Shown piece after piece: positions 25,294-37,158 of a stretch of DNA of 64,000 bases. Origin of the DNA: Diadema antillarum (Eukaryota); assembly GCF_040938485.1 (NCBI RefSeq), contig NW_027271164.1:2144064-2208063 (forward strand), written 5' to 3'. Within the stretch, counting starts at the first letter, position 1; every line of letters begins with the position of its first letter. Both the position numbers and the translations under genes were made by a program. A model generated the notes under the pieces. The model ran no database searches and was not told the origin of the DNA. It worked only from the letters and a program-made list of their open reading frames with translations.

Positions 25294-26989
25294 TGTAATC
25301 ATCAGATGACGTGAATTGAATACTAGAGGACAGAGCTGTTGGGGCAAGGTCATGCAAGAGTTGAATGTAAAGATTAAGGTTTGTTTCCTCTTTTTTCCTT
25401 GAGCTGATCAACCTGTAGAGAAAAATAGAGAGTTTCCCTATTGTAACAACCTAATACCATTGTGAAACAATCTGTTCTGACTGACTTGCAGTCGATTTAG
25501 TTGACCCGCCGAGTGACCAGTCCTCTAGATTACACTAAAGTAGTGCAAGTTAAGTGGGGCTGAATTAGGGTTTTGTATGACAATGGGAAGGTATCCTTAT
25601 CAATGAACTTTCTTATACTCTTGGCTGCATGAAAGACTTTGAGCATTTTGCTTCTAACACGTTCAATTTGTGGAGTCCATGTTTGGTGTTAATCGAGAAT
25701 GACCCCAAGATATTTACTTTTTACTATTTATTTTTAAAATAACGCAAATTCATTTTAGATCCAATCAACATAAACTGACATTTGTTTACGTTTAACAATA
25801 ATAAATGGCTTTTGAACCATCTAAAAGAAGTGACATTAGGTCATTATTGTTTTGTCGACGGGAGGGGGGGGGGAGGTAAAAAAAGCCTATCATCTACGCA
25901 TTAGGAGAGCAAACACTTCTTAAGAGATTTATGCAAATAGTTAAGAGTGAGGATCAATAAAAGAGGCCCAACATTGATTATGTAATGATATTTGGTCAAA
26001 TCCAATATCTCAATTTCTCAACTGCGTTAAAGGATAAGGGCCATAAAGCAGTGTGTTCACTTCGACCCCATTTTACAGAGCAAACACACACACCTTTTGA
26101 TTTGCCCCCCCCCCCCCAAAAAAAAAAAAAAAAAATCTGATGAAATCACAATACTATTAATTTCAATTTGCATAGATTCTGCCTTGGATTTTCCCCTTCT
26201 ATAGGCGTGGTGGTGGCGACGGCGGCGGCGGCAGCGGCGGTGGTGGTGGTGGGGGGAAAGGTGTGCCATTGATCTTGACCCCCCCCCCCCCCCCCCCCAC
26301 ACACACACAAAGTGAAAGACGTTCAACTTTATACATCATGACTCCACTTGTATCTACATAGACATATCCATAGTCTTACACATAGTTTATAAAAATACTT
26401 GAATGAATGAAAATGAATTACATTATCTGTATTTTTTTATTAGTAATGCGATTTTTTATGATGTGTCACAGAGTTCATGGCAGACCTCTGCGGGCAATCC
26501 TCGCGTCTCAACCGGAACAATTTGTGACCATGCTCAAGGGCTGTCATACCTTTCTGGGAAATGAATTTTAGAGAGGGATATTAGAGCCTTGCTTTGTGTT
26601 GTATAGTTAATAGGTGGGGCGTGACACTTTTATTCATACATTATTGCGTTCATGCCTGCCCTGCCGCAAATACGGAGCATTAAGAACGGACAGAAAGCCT
26701 CGAAGTATTACGTAATTTGTATAGAAATCGTCTCGCTAAGTCCATTGTCCACTCAAGTCTTTTTGAACTTCAATCCCCGATTGCACACATATTGGAAGAA
26801 TACTTGGCGTCAATGTCCCTTTTCAGTAATGATTAAGGTCTACCAACAGGTGTATTGAAACTGCTACCACAATTCAAAACATGTTGTATGCATAATCACT
26901 GAACATCTGAGAATGAGGTTTCGAGGGGTTAAACCTTCATTTTGTTGATACACTATTAGCGCTTGATCTGGACAATAAAGGGTTTGGTC

Positions 26990-29215
26990 TCCGGGCGGAA
27001 GTTTTGTTTTTGTCGTTGTTGTTTTTTGTTTTTTGTTTTTTTAAATCACCCAACATAATGTGGTTGTGTTGTTTTGGACGCTGTCCTCTCTAGATTTTAG
27101 AGAAAACGGATGGTAAGGAAAGACGAGGCTACCTTGCGAATCATTCATGCGGAACACCAAGAAGTCAATAAAAGAGATACAACCCCCGGATGGTCGGGCG
27201 GAATTTTCCCTGGTGGTCGCCATAAATGGACGTACACTTCAAGTCCCTCCGACCTCCGACACACCCCAGTAATTTTCACAAACTCTATTAAACTTGAAAA
27301 ACCGGAGATAAAAATAAATGATAATGTAGTGAAATATCAACAAAGTCAGAAATTTTTAGGTCTCACTTTTGATCAAAAATTAACATGGAATACACACATA
27401 AATGATGTTGTTGATCGTTGTAAGCCCAAAATAAATATTTTAAAGAGTCTGGCGGGAACTACATGGGGTAACTTTTCTAAAACCCTTCTTATGGTGTACA
27501 GAGCACTGATCAGGTCTCTTCTCGACTATGGATGTGAAGCTTATGAGTCCGCCTCCGAAAGCTCAAAAAACCCACTGGATTCCATCCAATATCAGGCTCT
27601 TCGAGTATGTGCTGGTGCAGCTCCCGCCACATCTCTAGAATCCCTTCAAGTAGAAATGGGAGAACTCCCCTTATGCATCAGAAGAAAGATGCTGACTACA
27701 AAATACCATGCGTCTTTGACGAGAATCGCAAACCATCCGGTATCACAAAGCACAAAAAACTGCTGGCAATACGAGTATATGAAAGAGAAAAATTCACGTA
27801 AACCTTTCGGAGTTAGAATTCAAAGCGCAAATATCACAACAAAACTCGAACCTCTCACTCCCCCAGAAATCCCCTTCTGGCACTTAAGCGAAATCAAAAT
27901 CTCCTTAGAGCTAACTGAGTGGCTCAATAAAGACGACAACCCCTTAATTCAAAAACAATGGAGCCTAGAACTGATCAATTCCAAATGGAAACATCAACTT
28001 CACATATTTACTGATGGATCCAAATTGCCAAACGAAGGCAATTCAGCTGCCGCCTTTTACGTGCCATCACTTCGTTATTCCCAATGCAAAAGATTACGTG
28101 ATCACACATCATCATATCGAGCAGAACTATCTGCAATCATCCTCGCCCTAAACTGGCTTGAGCAATTAGACCTCCACACAGGAGCTGTCATATTCAGCGA
28201 TTCGCTGAGCTCACTTAAAGCCATCAAATCACAACCGTACGACGACAACTTCATCACTGAAATCAGGACAATTGTCACTCGTCTAGAATATAAAGGCACG
28301 GACATCTCACTCGAATGGATTCCGTCACACTGTGGAATTCACGGCAATGAAGCCGCTGATTCCCGAGCTAAAAAAGCCTTGACGAAACCTATCGAAATCT
28401 ACAACGACCTTAGTTTTTCAGAGATAAAGTCAGTCCTTGTAACTAAGTATAAAGCAGAATGGCAAAGTAAGTGGAACAACTCAACCTCCTTTCTAAAAAC
28501 CATCCAATCATCTGTAAATTTTCAGCCATTCACATGTCATCTTTCCAGACAACATGAAATGATTATACACAGGTTGAGAATGGGCTGTCTCGGCCTTAAC
28601 TATGATTTAGCAAAAATAGCAAAACACCCCACAGGAAACTGCCCCTATTGCCCCACCCCTGAAACAGTTAAACATTTTCTAATAGAATGCCCGAAATATA
28701 CAATAGAAAGAGCCATGTTAATGGCAGAAACCAACACAAATCGTGACTCTGATATTATGAAACTTTTAGCGTCTCAAAATCGAAATATTCAAAATTCCAT
28801 AATCACATTTGTGTACAGGACAAATCGTTTGAGTCAAGGATAAGCTTGACGAACCTTAAAGATTACAATGTAGTATTTTCATAATGAAGTGTAAAGTAGA
28901 AAATTTATTTTGTAAAATTTGTAAAACAGTGAATTATTGATATTATGTGAATGTGTATTTGTATGATCTCAGATGTATACATGAGTAGGTATGTGTGTGT
29001 ATATAGGCATATACACACATGCATATTACTGAGTATATTATATGCCGCAGTATGTTAAGTATTACTGTATATTAGTATTTGGAAGATTAGTGTATGTCTT
29101 ATTATATCAACATTAGAATATGTTGAAGGTATAGGCCTACCACCAGTGCACCTATCTTCATCATTTGCACCCTTGATTCTGCCCACAAATGTTCGCTACA
29201 TACATATTAAAAAAA
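26990..29215 (+). mobile_element. 5'-truncated non-LTR retrotransposon (LINE) in the PARP4-like intron. It keeps the RT C-terminal region, RNase H, a CCHC knuckle and the 3' UTR.
   Basis: The 577-aa ORF at 27110-28843 has RT motifs (FLGLTFDQKLTWNTHI…, YRALIRSLLDYGCEAY), an RNase H motif (HIFTDGSK…YRAELSAI…IEWIPSHCGIHGNEAAD) and a C-terminal Cys/His motif (CPYC…HFLIEC). The upstream RT motifs and any ORF1 are missing. Confidence 0.75.
27110..28843 (+). CDS. Retrotransposon pol-like ORF (partial RT, RNase H, CCHC).
   Basis: See the mobile element above. Single uninterrupted ORF. Confidence 0.75.
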   Translation: MVRKDEATLRIIHAEHQEVNKRDTTPGWSGGIFPGGRHKWTYTSSPSDLRHTPVIFTNSIKLEKPEIKINDNVVKYQQSQKFLGLTFDQKLTWNTHINDVVDRCKPKINILKSLAGTTWGNFSKTLLMVYRALIRSLLDYGCEAYESASESSKNPLDSIQYQALRVCAGAAPATSLESLQVEMGELPLCIRRKMLTTKYHASLTRIANHPVSQSTKNCWQYEYMKEKNSRKPFGVRIQSANITTKLEPLTPPEIPFWHLSEIKISLELTEWLNKDDNPLIQKQWSLELINSKWKHQLHIFTDGSKLPNEGNSAAAFYVPSLRYSQCKRLRDHTSSYRAELSAIILALNWLEQLDLHTGAVIFSDSLSSLKAIKSQPYDDNFITEIRTIVTRLEYKGTDISLEWIPSHCGIHGNEAADSRAKKALTKPIEIYNDLSFSEIKSVLVTKYKAEWQSKWNNSTSFLKTIQSSVNFQPFTCHLSRQHEMIIHRLRMGCLGLNYDLAKIAKHPTGNCPYCPTPETVKHFLIECPKYTIERAMLMAETNTNRDSDIMKLLASQNRNIQNSIITFVYRTNRLSQG

Positions 29216-30394
29216 AAGATGAATAAAATGAATATATTTGGATTTGGATTATATCGGAATATTGTTCTCCACACGCTCAGGCATGACGGTCGCCACCATC
29301 CTTCTCGAGTTACCTAGGGCGCACGCCTGAGAAGCCTGCGAAACGCACTTCGCCGGGTTGGTAAGACAGAACCGAGGGTGGCAACGTGGCCGTTTTGACT
29401 GAGCGAGGAAAACAATACAATTTTTATAATTAAAATGAAAATATGGTTGGAATAAAACAAATATGGATATTATGATAGAATTTGAATTTGTTAAGAAATA
29501 TTGATGATTAATCTATAGGGAAATATATATATTATATAGTCTGGCAAAAATAGTCAAAATTATGACTGATTGCCATTAAACCTAAAACAACAACGACAAC
29601 AACAGCAACCCATTGACACACCCAAGGAACAAACACACACACACACACACACCATCACAACCATCCACACCCACGCCCAGCAACCACACACCACACACCA
29701 CCACCACCACAATCTCGAACAAACCCAGAGGCAAAACACATTGTACAGTCCTCTCCAACACCATCATGCACCACCACCACCTCTACCACCACTATCACGA
29801 ACAACAGTACCAGAGACACGCAATATCTCACCTTTCATATACATTCACTTTACATTACTCTCCAGCTCAATGACGAGTTACATTGTTCAGTCTTCTCCAA
29901 CAGTTATTTGTTAACGATACAACAAAATCAACCTAGGATTGTTTATTACATGTTTTCATTTGTGACGGATATAGAACACATGATTATAGTCAGATTACCT
30001 TAATAAGGGGACGTTAAATCCGGGTGTTGAATCAGAATCTGGAATTCGCAACTCTTGAATTCTTAAGGAATATTCATATTCAGCACTCTCGAAATAGGAC
30101 AGAAATTGTTAATAATATGATAATAATTCATTTATATTATAATAGTATAATATAAACGAATTTACCTTCTTTTAGGGATGCTGAATCAGAATATGGAATT
30201 CGCAGCTCTTGAATTCTTAAGGATTTTGAGATATTCAAGATGGCAGTCCAAATCATCCATATTCGTTTTCAGCACTCTTGAAATAGGATAAAATCATTAT
30301 TTGGCGGATGGTAAAACATGGTTCAGCCCCTGACACCAAGGCTAAAAAGAATACAATTAGAAGAGTCATACATTACTGCATATTGAAATACAGC

Positions 30395-30580
30395 GAACGG
30401 TATAATATAAACGAACTTACAAAGAGAATAAGGGTAAAGAGAAGATGTAAATATTAATGAGGGCTCTTGCAGCCATAATATAAACGATTTTTTTTTAAAT
30501 ATAATATAAACGAACTTACAAAGAGAATAAGGGTAAAGAGAAGATGTAAATATTAATGAGGGCTCTTGCAGCCTTAACCG
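30395..30580. repeat. Tandem duplication of an ~80-bp unit (tataatataaacgaacttacaaagagaataagggtaaagagaagatgtaaatattaatgagggctcttgcagcc).
   Basis: Two near-identical copies, 30398-30473 and 30497-30577. Confidence 0.8.
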
Positions 30581-30716
30581 ACTGCTGACTGTTAATTCAA
30601 TATAGTGTGTGCGTGACAGTGACAGTAAATGGTGTATAATTCTTTGTTTATGGCGATATCTTATTACATTCTCTTAAATATATATATATACGTATTCTTT
30701 TTTTTTTTGTCACCAG

Positions 30717-30900
30717 TACCAGCGCCAAATACTCTACTGCGGGAGAGTTTACCGGTACGCGTTTTATGGCTGTCAGTAACGTGGCGCTTGGAAGAATTAA
30801 AGACGTTTACGAGAAGAGGCTAGACCTTGAGAGCGCCCCCATTGGTTTCGACAGTGTACATGGCGTCCGGAAATCCAAGGAGATCGAGTCGTTTTTTAAG
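30717..30900 (+). CDS. PARP4: PARP4-like exon H, catalytic (STSAKYSTAGEFTGTRFMAVSNVALGRIKDVYEKRLDLESAPIGFDSVHGVRKSKEIESFFK).
   Basis: Aligns to …LLICDVALGKCMDLHEKDFSLTEAPPGYDSVHGV. caccag acceptor and AAG|GTAAGA donor. Confidence 0.8.
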
Positions 30901-31190
30901 GTAAGACCAACTTTTATCTGGTATCAATTGTAAAGTTTCACATATCCCTCGGATACGACATGAAGTGGAAGTGCCAAGTATTAGAGTGTCAAACCGACGC
31001 GTGAAAAAAAAAATCCCGCTTTATCAATTGATCGTAAAGAGCACAGTGCATGACTCTATGAAGTGGTCCGCGACGTACATACAACTGGACCTAATGGAAG
31101 ACCAGCTATAGTGCAGCTGAATATGAGCTATCCAGCCATCTTAGCAGACTGAAAATGAAAAAAAAAAAACCAGACAAACAAACAAATAAG

Positions 31191-31231
<41 letters not shown>

Positions 31232-31507
31232 TTAAATAATCTAACCATATAATTATGCAAATCAGATGAGATGCCGATGATGTCATGGCCTCACAAGTCA
31301 CCTTCGACCTAAGGCTAATCATTCACAAAATCTTGGTACGTTGGTTAGTTTCTTAGTTTCTTAATCACAAAAACACTTATTACAGTTACATTTTATATAT
31401 ACTGTATTACAATTTAACATCATTGGGGGGTATCATTGAATTATCCAAACACATTGTCACGTCATAAATTTTGAATATTCTGTAGTTAAACAGTTGAAAT
31501 ATATATC

Positions 31508-31545
<38 letters not shown>

Positions 31546-31753
31546 GCATATATATATATATAACATATGTATATACATTTATATAAATCCATGGCTATTT
31601 TGTTTTTTAGAGCTCCGAATTTAATGAAATGACGTGACATTCCGTTAATCTGACCTCTGTCTAATTACTCTGAGTCGAACATTTATCTTTTCGTCAGCAT
31701 GTAAAGCTACGAATATTGACGATAAATGCACATACTGGTATAATTCTCACCAG

Positions 31754-31937
31754 GAGGATGAGTACACTGTGTATCAGGCCAACCAACACTGTCTCCGGTT
31801 CCTCGTCGAATTCAAACTGACTGAGAGGAACGAGGATGGACACGATGGGAGTGTGAGCTCACCGAGCGCATTGATGTCCAGTGATGATGACAGCGATGAC
31901 ACCACTGACAGCGACAGTGACGATGATTTCGAGATCG
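31754..31937 (+). CDS. PARP4: PARP4-like exon I, end of the catalytic domain with the catalytic Glu (EDEYTVYQANQHCLRFLVEF), followed by an acidic Ser/Asp linker.
   Basis: (Y)NEY(I/V)VY-type motif, here EDEYTVY. ctcaccag acceptor and ATCG|GTATAA donor. Confidence 0.75.
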
Positions 31938-32440
31938 GTATAATACAATTCGAATGATTTATCTCGGGGAAGTACGCATCTAAAAGTCCATAAGTCCTCA
32001 AAATATGAAAATACTTGGAGAAGAATCACAAGTTGATAAACGACAGCGGCCAGATAACCGGTACCTAAAACAGTGTAGAAGGAAAGGGAGCATGTACAAC
32101 TTACGACATCCCGGGTAATTACGTTGCAAACATTGTTAGGATCTCACACAAAAATTGTGAGCAAAATCTTTTTGAAATTTGATATCTAAGATTAATTGGA
32201 AATGAAGATTTGTAGGTCAATGACAATTTTAAAGAGTAAATAAACAGGTCACTGTATTTACTTCTTCCTTGGCTTTGTCAAGAAAATAGTCAAAATACTT
32301 GATGTTGTATGACTTTTGTATGTGCCTTGTTAACACTGATGACCTTTGAACTATGGGGTGCTGATGAATCTCTTTCTTTGGCCCTGTTCCCACTGTCATG
32401 GCAAGACAGCTTAATGTATGGTATCTCGTCTTGTCTAAAG

Positions 32441-32571
32441 ATACAACGGACATACAGGGCATCTTGTATCCAGAGGCCAGAATTAAAGCAGGTCTCACCG
32501 GCGGGGACGGGGCGGGCATCGAACTCAAGGACGTCCATGTCCGAGCTAAAATAATAGATCTTGCTGCTGAG
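32441..32571 (+). CDS. PARP4: PARP4-like exon J1, start of the VIT domain (DTTDIQGILYPEARIKAGLTGGDGAGIELKDVHVRAKIIDLAAE).
   Basis: Aligns to …LVPLEDVHIKGRIIDTVAQ. tctaaag acceptor restores the phase-1 frame. GAG|GTAAGT donor. Confidence 0.65.
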
Positions 32572-32861
32572 GTAAGTTTACCAGTAAAACTAACGAATTT
32601 CAATTATTTTTCGTGACTGTAACAATCGTATACGTGTTCACTGTGATCGTATGTACTTAGTGATTATGATAGCACACTGTTGCCTCCATCGACATTCTAT
32701 AAATTTGAACGAAGTCAGTAGATTATTTAGGTTTACGGTTCCAATATTCATCATAAAATATTTTTTAGGGTAATATGGTTATGAAAATTTAGTGGAATAA
32801 CATAATGTGCTCATTGTCAAGATGTGTTGTCCATGCTTCCATTGTTAATTCCTCACCACAG

Positions 32862-33080
32862 GTAACGGTCCTCCAGAAGTACGAGAACATCGGGAGAGAC
32901 TCGGCTGAGACGAGGTACGTCTTTCCGCTGGACGAATGCGCCGCTGTATGTGGATTTGAAGCATACATCAATGGTAAACACGTGGTGGGCGTGGTCAAAG
33001 AGAAGGAAGAGGCGAAGACGTCTTACCAGAAGGCGGTACGGGAAGGCCATGGAGCGTATCTCATGGAGGAGGAGGCATCG
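32862..33080 (+). CDS. PARP4: PARP4-like exon J2, VIT domain (VTVLQKYENIGRDSAETRYVFPLDECAAVCGFEAYINGKHVVGVVKEKEEAKTSYQKAVREGHGAYLMEEEAS).
   Basis: Near-identical to the vertebrate PARP4 VIT core (…AAVCGFEAFINGKHIVGEIKEKEEAQQEYLEAVTQGHGAYLM…). caccacag acceptor and TCG|GTAAGA donor. Confidence 0.85.
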
Positions 33081-33538
33081 GTAAGATAATACATTCGATT
33101 ATCTCATGGCATTTCGTCATGCATGGTAAACACGCTGACTGAAATAGAAGAACCGGCGATCCCATGTCTCTGGTCCAATTCACTAGTATTTTTAATTTTC
33201 CCAATGACCGTCACATACGGATTCTTTTTAAAAATAAATTCACATTGCTGTCCATCGCAAATATTAAGAGGAGACTTGGTTTTGGCTGGATCATGCATAC
33301 TCCGCGGATGTGGGGGTGGGGAGGGGAGGGGAGGGGAAGGGGGGGGGGGACTGAGGACCCAGCCACAGAAAGACTTACAAACCCAGTGTCCCTTTCCATG
33401 GTCACTCCTTCTTCACACGAGATCGACAGTTATAGCTGAACCTCCTTTTTATTGATGTATTATGCATCCTAAGCATATCGAAATTTCGATAATCGATATA
33501 CGCAGGATAAATTGTTTCCTCTTCTTGCTAAATGACAG

Positions 33539-33750
33539 AACATTTTCTCCATCACCGTTGGGAACCTTCCACCAGGGTCGAGTGTGATCGTTCGAATCAC
33601 CTATGTTACCGAGCTCGTGGTTGAAGGGGATCGGATCGCTTTCAATCTCCTCGGCAGCGTGGCGCCGTGGAAGAGGAATGAGATTTTGGCGGCAAAGTAT
33701 GACGAAAAAGGCCAATCGGTGACCGCCGTGCGCCAAAACGACCGTGACAG
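33539..33750 (+). CDS. PARP4: PARP4-like exon K, VIT domain (NIFSITVGNLPPGSSVIVRITYVTEL…SVAPWKRNEILAAKYDEKGQ…).
   Basis: Aligns to FTVSVGNLPPKAKVLIKITYITEL…ATVAPW. tgacag acceptor and CAG|GTATGT donor. Confidence 0.85.
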
Positions 33751-34010
33751 GTATGTGACGTCATAATCACTCGTGATTTTACGATGTTGGTTTACGGCGT
33801 TTCCCTTTACGACTTCACTGGTCATTATCTTATGAACTAACCGACGAGCTTTTTTTTTCCTTTGGAAAGTTGAGTTAAACTTGCATTTGTTTTTAAAAAG
33901 CCGCATTTTTTCGCAATTTAATCTTTGGTGGTGAAAATGTTAACCTAAGGTCTTTTTGGTGAACAAAAGAAAAAAAATGACAAAACATAAAGGTGTGATT
34001 TGCTTTACAG

Positions 34011-34092
34011 GAACGAGTCATTCGTGGCTTCGATTGAAATGCCAGGGAAGATCAGGCGGGTAGACTGCCCGACGCACACCGTCAAATTTCAG
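34011..34092 (+). CDS. PARP4: PARP4-like exon L (RNESFVASIEMPGKIRRVDCPTHTVKFQ).
   Basis: Aligns to …SIEMPYVIEF…; tttacag acceptor and CAG|GTAATC donor. Frame continuous. Confidence 0.7.
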
Positions 34093-34789
34093 GTAATCGC
34101 AGCTGACACTTGGATTTAGACTCAATAAATTTACAAAGTTATCTTAGCCCCATACTGCTCGTACGAGATATTTCACTGCCGTGTCTTTCTATGGGATAGG
34201 ATTTCTATGTTATCATGTTTTTTTGACGAAAGTTTTCTTTTGCAACTCCTTCACTCTCTTTCACTCTATTCTCGACCTCCGCACGAAAGGTGTCCTTAGT
34301 TAATATGAAAACTTTATGTCAAAAAGATTCTAAGCACTAATATCTTTTCTTTCCTTTTGTATAATTCTAATATATTGTATATTGTTTCATTGTGTCAAAG
34401 TTGCTGAGATATACGTATTCTGTCAATGTCTGTATGTAAGTTTTACAGATTGTTCTTACGTAGTCCTTAGGAGTATGATGCCTTGTAGGTTGTAACAAGA
34501 ATCGGGATATTAAATGATAGAAATAATCAGACTTCATTGAATAAAAAATCAAGTAATGATAATAACAGTAACGTTGGCGATTTCCTATACGAAAGCTCGA
34601 TGTTCATTTCATTTCATTTCATTTCATTTCATTTATTTCCACTTTCATAATTGGTTTACAAACTTCGCATTAAAAACAAACAGGCAGACAAACAAACAAA
34701 CAAAAATACATGGTGTCAAATATGATAGTGGCGGAATCATGATGTTCTCTCTGGCCTTGGTTCTTCCGCCATTCTTTCCATTGTTACAG

Positions 34790-34927
34790 AGGAAGAATGA
34801 CAGACATGTATCCGTTGCCATGAGCGACGGAGACCGGCTCATTGATGGTATCCAGCTCCTTATCGACATGGAGGATGCCCACAAACCACGGCTTTGGCGG
34901 GAAAGGCACCCTGATGGCGGAAAAGAG
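34790..34927 (+). CDS. PARP4: PARP4-like exon M (RKNDRHVSVAMSDGDRLIDGIQLLIDMEDAHKPRLWRERHPDGGKE).
   Basis: Aligns to …KAVISTMEGSS…LPRMWVEKHPEKESE. ttacag acceptor and GAG|GTAAGA donor. Confidence 0.7.
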
Positions 34928-35403
34928 GTAAGAAAATAGCCGATTCATGGGATCTTCTCACTTGAGAATGACAGTATGGGTTATTCAACCGCATACCTCG
35001 CTAGTGTGTACGTTTTAGTGATTCTAGTTTGTAATTGATTTGAATGCAGTATAAATGTAAATTTTAGTTTCCTTTAGAGCTTCAGGTGGAGCCCGCAGGT
35101 GGAGAGGCACAATTTTGAATCTAGTTTCATATAAAATGGTCACGTCAGTTTATAACATAAACGTATGAAAGTTGTTTCTAGTGGAGGTGACGAAAATTTA
35201 GCTAGATAAACCATGTAGCTTTTCAAAAGAAAGTTTACAGATCTCTCTGATAATGTTGACATTTGTTACTTTCTTGTGAGGATATTTGCTCCTTTACGGA
35301 AGCATTGTTCCACACATTTTTTCTTGAAAAACCAAATCACATCGGGATAAAAGTAGCAGTGGGAATAAGTTCACAAGATATGTTGTTATTTTCAACCCAA
35401 CAG

Positions 35404-35590
35404 GCTTACATGGTGGTGTTTTACCCAGAATTCCAAGTGAGTGCAATCAAGAGCCCGGAAGTTGTCATTATGTTGGATCGCTCTACGTCAATGAAGGGAG
35501 AACCTATGAAAGACGCAAAGAAACTCGTTCACATGATCCTGGAAAATCTACCCCCGGGAAGTCGATACAACCTCATCGTCTTCGGAAATG
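35404..35590 (+). CDS. PARP4: PARP4-like exon N, start of the vWA domain (AYMVVFYPEF…VVIMLDRSTSMKGEPMKDAKKLVHMILENLPPGSRYNLIVFGN).
   Basis: MIDAS-like D.S.S motif (DRSTSM). Aligns to …VIICLDCSSSMEG. caacag acceptor and ATG|GTATTT donor. Confidence 0.85.
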
Positions 35591-35842
35591 GTATTTGACA
35601 TTCCCTAATTCCTGATCAAATTATTTGTTGTACCTTTTATTACGTTGTTGATGTAAAGCAATGGTACATTTAACGCAGTCTTCCTTGATAATGCAATGTG
35701 GATTAAATATTCAAACGAGTTCAATTTCATTCCAAAGAATTGTTTATTACAGATCTAAAAAAAAAAATGAATGAAAAAAATGTGATTAAAAGTGTGCATG
35801 GCTGAACGACACTTATCCTTCAACATATCCTCTGTGTCACAG

Positions 35843-36110
35843 ATTTCGAAGAGCTGTACCCCGCCAGCGTGGTTGCCAGTGACACAAATATCCGAAACAC
35901 GGAAACATACCTGAAATCAGTCAGCTGGGAACGTGGGGCCACTGAGGTGTGGCGCCCTCTACGGGCAATGGCTCTCTTGGCGTCGGATGATGCTCGTCTC
36001 ATCCGGAATGGATTTCTCATCTCCGATGGTCACGTGAGTAACGAGCAGGATACCCTAATCGAAGTGGCCACCAACCGACACATCAACCGCCTCTTTACCT
36101 TCGGTGTCAG
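35843..36110 (+). CDS. PARP4: PARP4-like exon O, vWA (DFEELYPASVVASDTNIRNTETYLKSVSWERGATEVWRPL…GFLISDGHVSNEQDTLIEVATNRHINRLFTFGV).
   Basis: Aligns to …NILLVSDGHLQDESLTLQLVKRSRPHTRLFACGIG. tcacag acceptor and CAG|GTAAAA donor. Confidence 0.85.
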
Positions 36111-37058
36111 GTAAAAGATATGGAATACGACTATATTTATGATACAGAGTGAACTAAATTGTGTTCAGGTCTACCGCGGCAACGTAATTGTACAGTGAAT
36201 CCAATTTTGCGTCGCTTACATCCATCACAAGCAAAAGGAAAGTTGCTTCTAGTCATGTAGCAAGAGAAATAAGTGCAGTGTACATTTTGTCTTTTCGCAA
36301 AAAGAAAGCAATGTCTATAACTGATTAAAAACAAGAACTCTCAACCAGTCCTGACAACAGACAGACTCTCATGATTTTAGAACATGGCGAAGGCTCTAGA
36401 CTCTGACGAATTTTTAAGAAGGTTGATATTGTGATCATTTCCATTGCAAGAATCTGATGCAGCTACATTGTACGCCTCAACTAATTTATTCAAGATGGAA
36501 TCTTTTTCGACTTTAATATTGTAACGGACCAATGCTAAACACTTTCTTGGATGAAACTCGAAAATTCTAAAACGGAGGTAAGCATTGGTTTTTTATCCTG
36601 AGAAATCAAAGCAACGACAAAAGGAATAAAGTTGATCTTTCCTTAATCAAGAATTTTACCCAAACATGTTTCTTGTATGTGTTAAGATGATTATAAGGAC
36701 AAGCTTAACAAGGCTGATTGATTTTGAGAGCATGTGAACCTTCTTGAGCTTATTATCGTTTCTGCTGTTTAATTATTTTTCCTCATTTCATTTCCTATTT
36801 CTCTCATTTTCATTATCATCATTATCATTATCATTATCATTATCATTATCATTATCATTATCATTATCATTATCTTTTTATATAGACCCAGACTTGCTAA
36901 TCATGAGTGCATAACATAAGGGGAGGGGTGATTATCCATCCGTGAAAGCATTTTTAGTGTTGTGTCATATTGACATGGCAAAGTATGTTTTTCTCACTTA
37001 AATATCAATTAGTTTGATTATTTTCTGTTGTCGGTCACACTAATACTTCACATTGCAG

Positions 37059-37158
37059 CTCTGATTCTAACCGCCATGTGCTGCGAACCCTTGCCGACAC
37101 GGGTGGTGGAGCTTACGAGCAGTTTGATCCGAGGAGCAAGTCAACTTGGGAAGCAAAA
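37059..37158 (+). CDS. PARP4: PARP4-like exon P, end of vWA (SSDSNRHVLRTLADTGGGAYEQFDPRSKSTWEAK).
   Basis: Aligns to STANRHVLRILSQCGAGVFEYFNAKSKHSWRKQ. attgcag acceptor and AAA|GTAGGT donor. Confidence 0.8.

Noticed and set aside
26057-26326. Minus-strand ORF rich in His/Arg/Gly (…HHHRRCRRRRRHHH…GGGGGG).
   Set aside because: Produced by the (GGC)n/(GGT)n simple repeat and poly-C/G tracts in a PARP4 intron. Low complexity, not coding.
27607-27801. Short alternate-frame ORF inside the retrotransposon ORF.
   Set aside because: Nested out-of-frame ORF. The long RT/RNase H frame explains the region.
29255-29420. GC-rich block (…ggtcgccaccatcc…gggcgcacgcctgagaagcctgcgaaacgcacttcgccgggttgg…) after the LINE.
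   Set aside because: Could be part of the LINE 3' UTR or a SINE. No diagnostic A/B boxes or TSDs seen, so it is left unclassified.
29570-29914. Two overlapping plus-strand ORFs with HTHTHT/QQQ/HHHH runs.
   Set aside because: They derive from (CA)n and CAC/CCA low-complexity sequence downstream of the LINE 3' end. No splice or domain signals.
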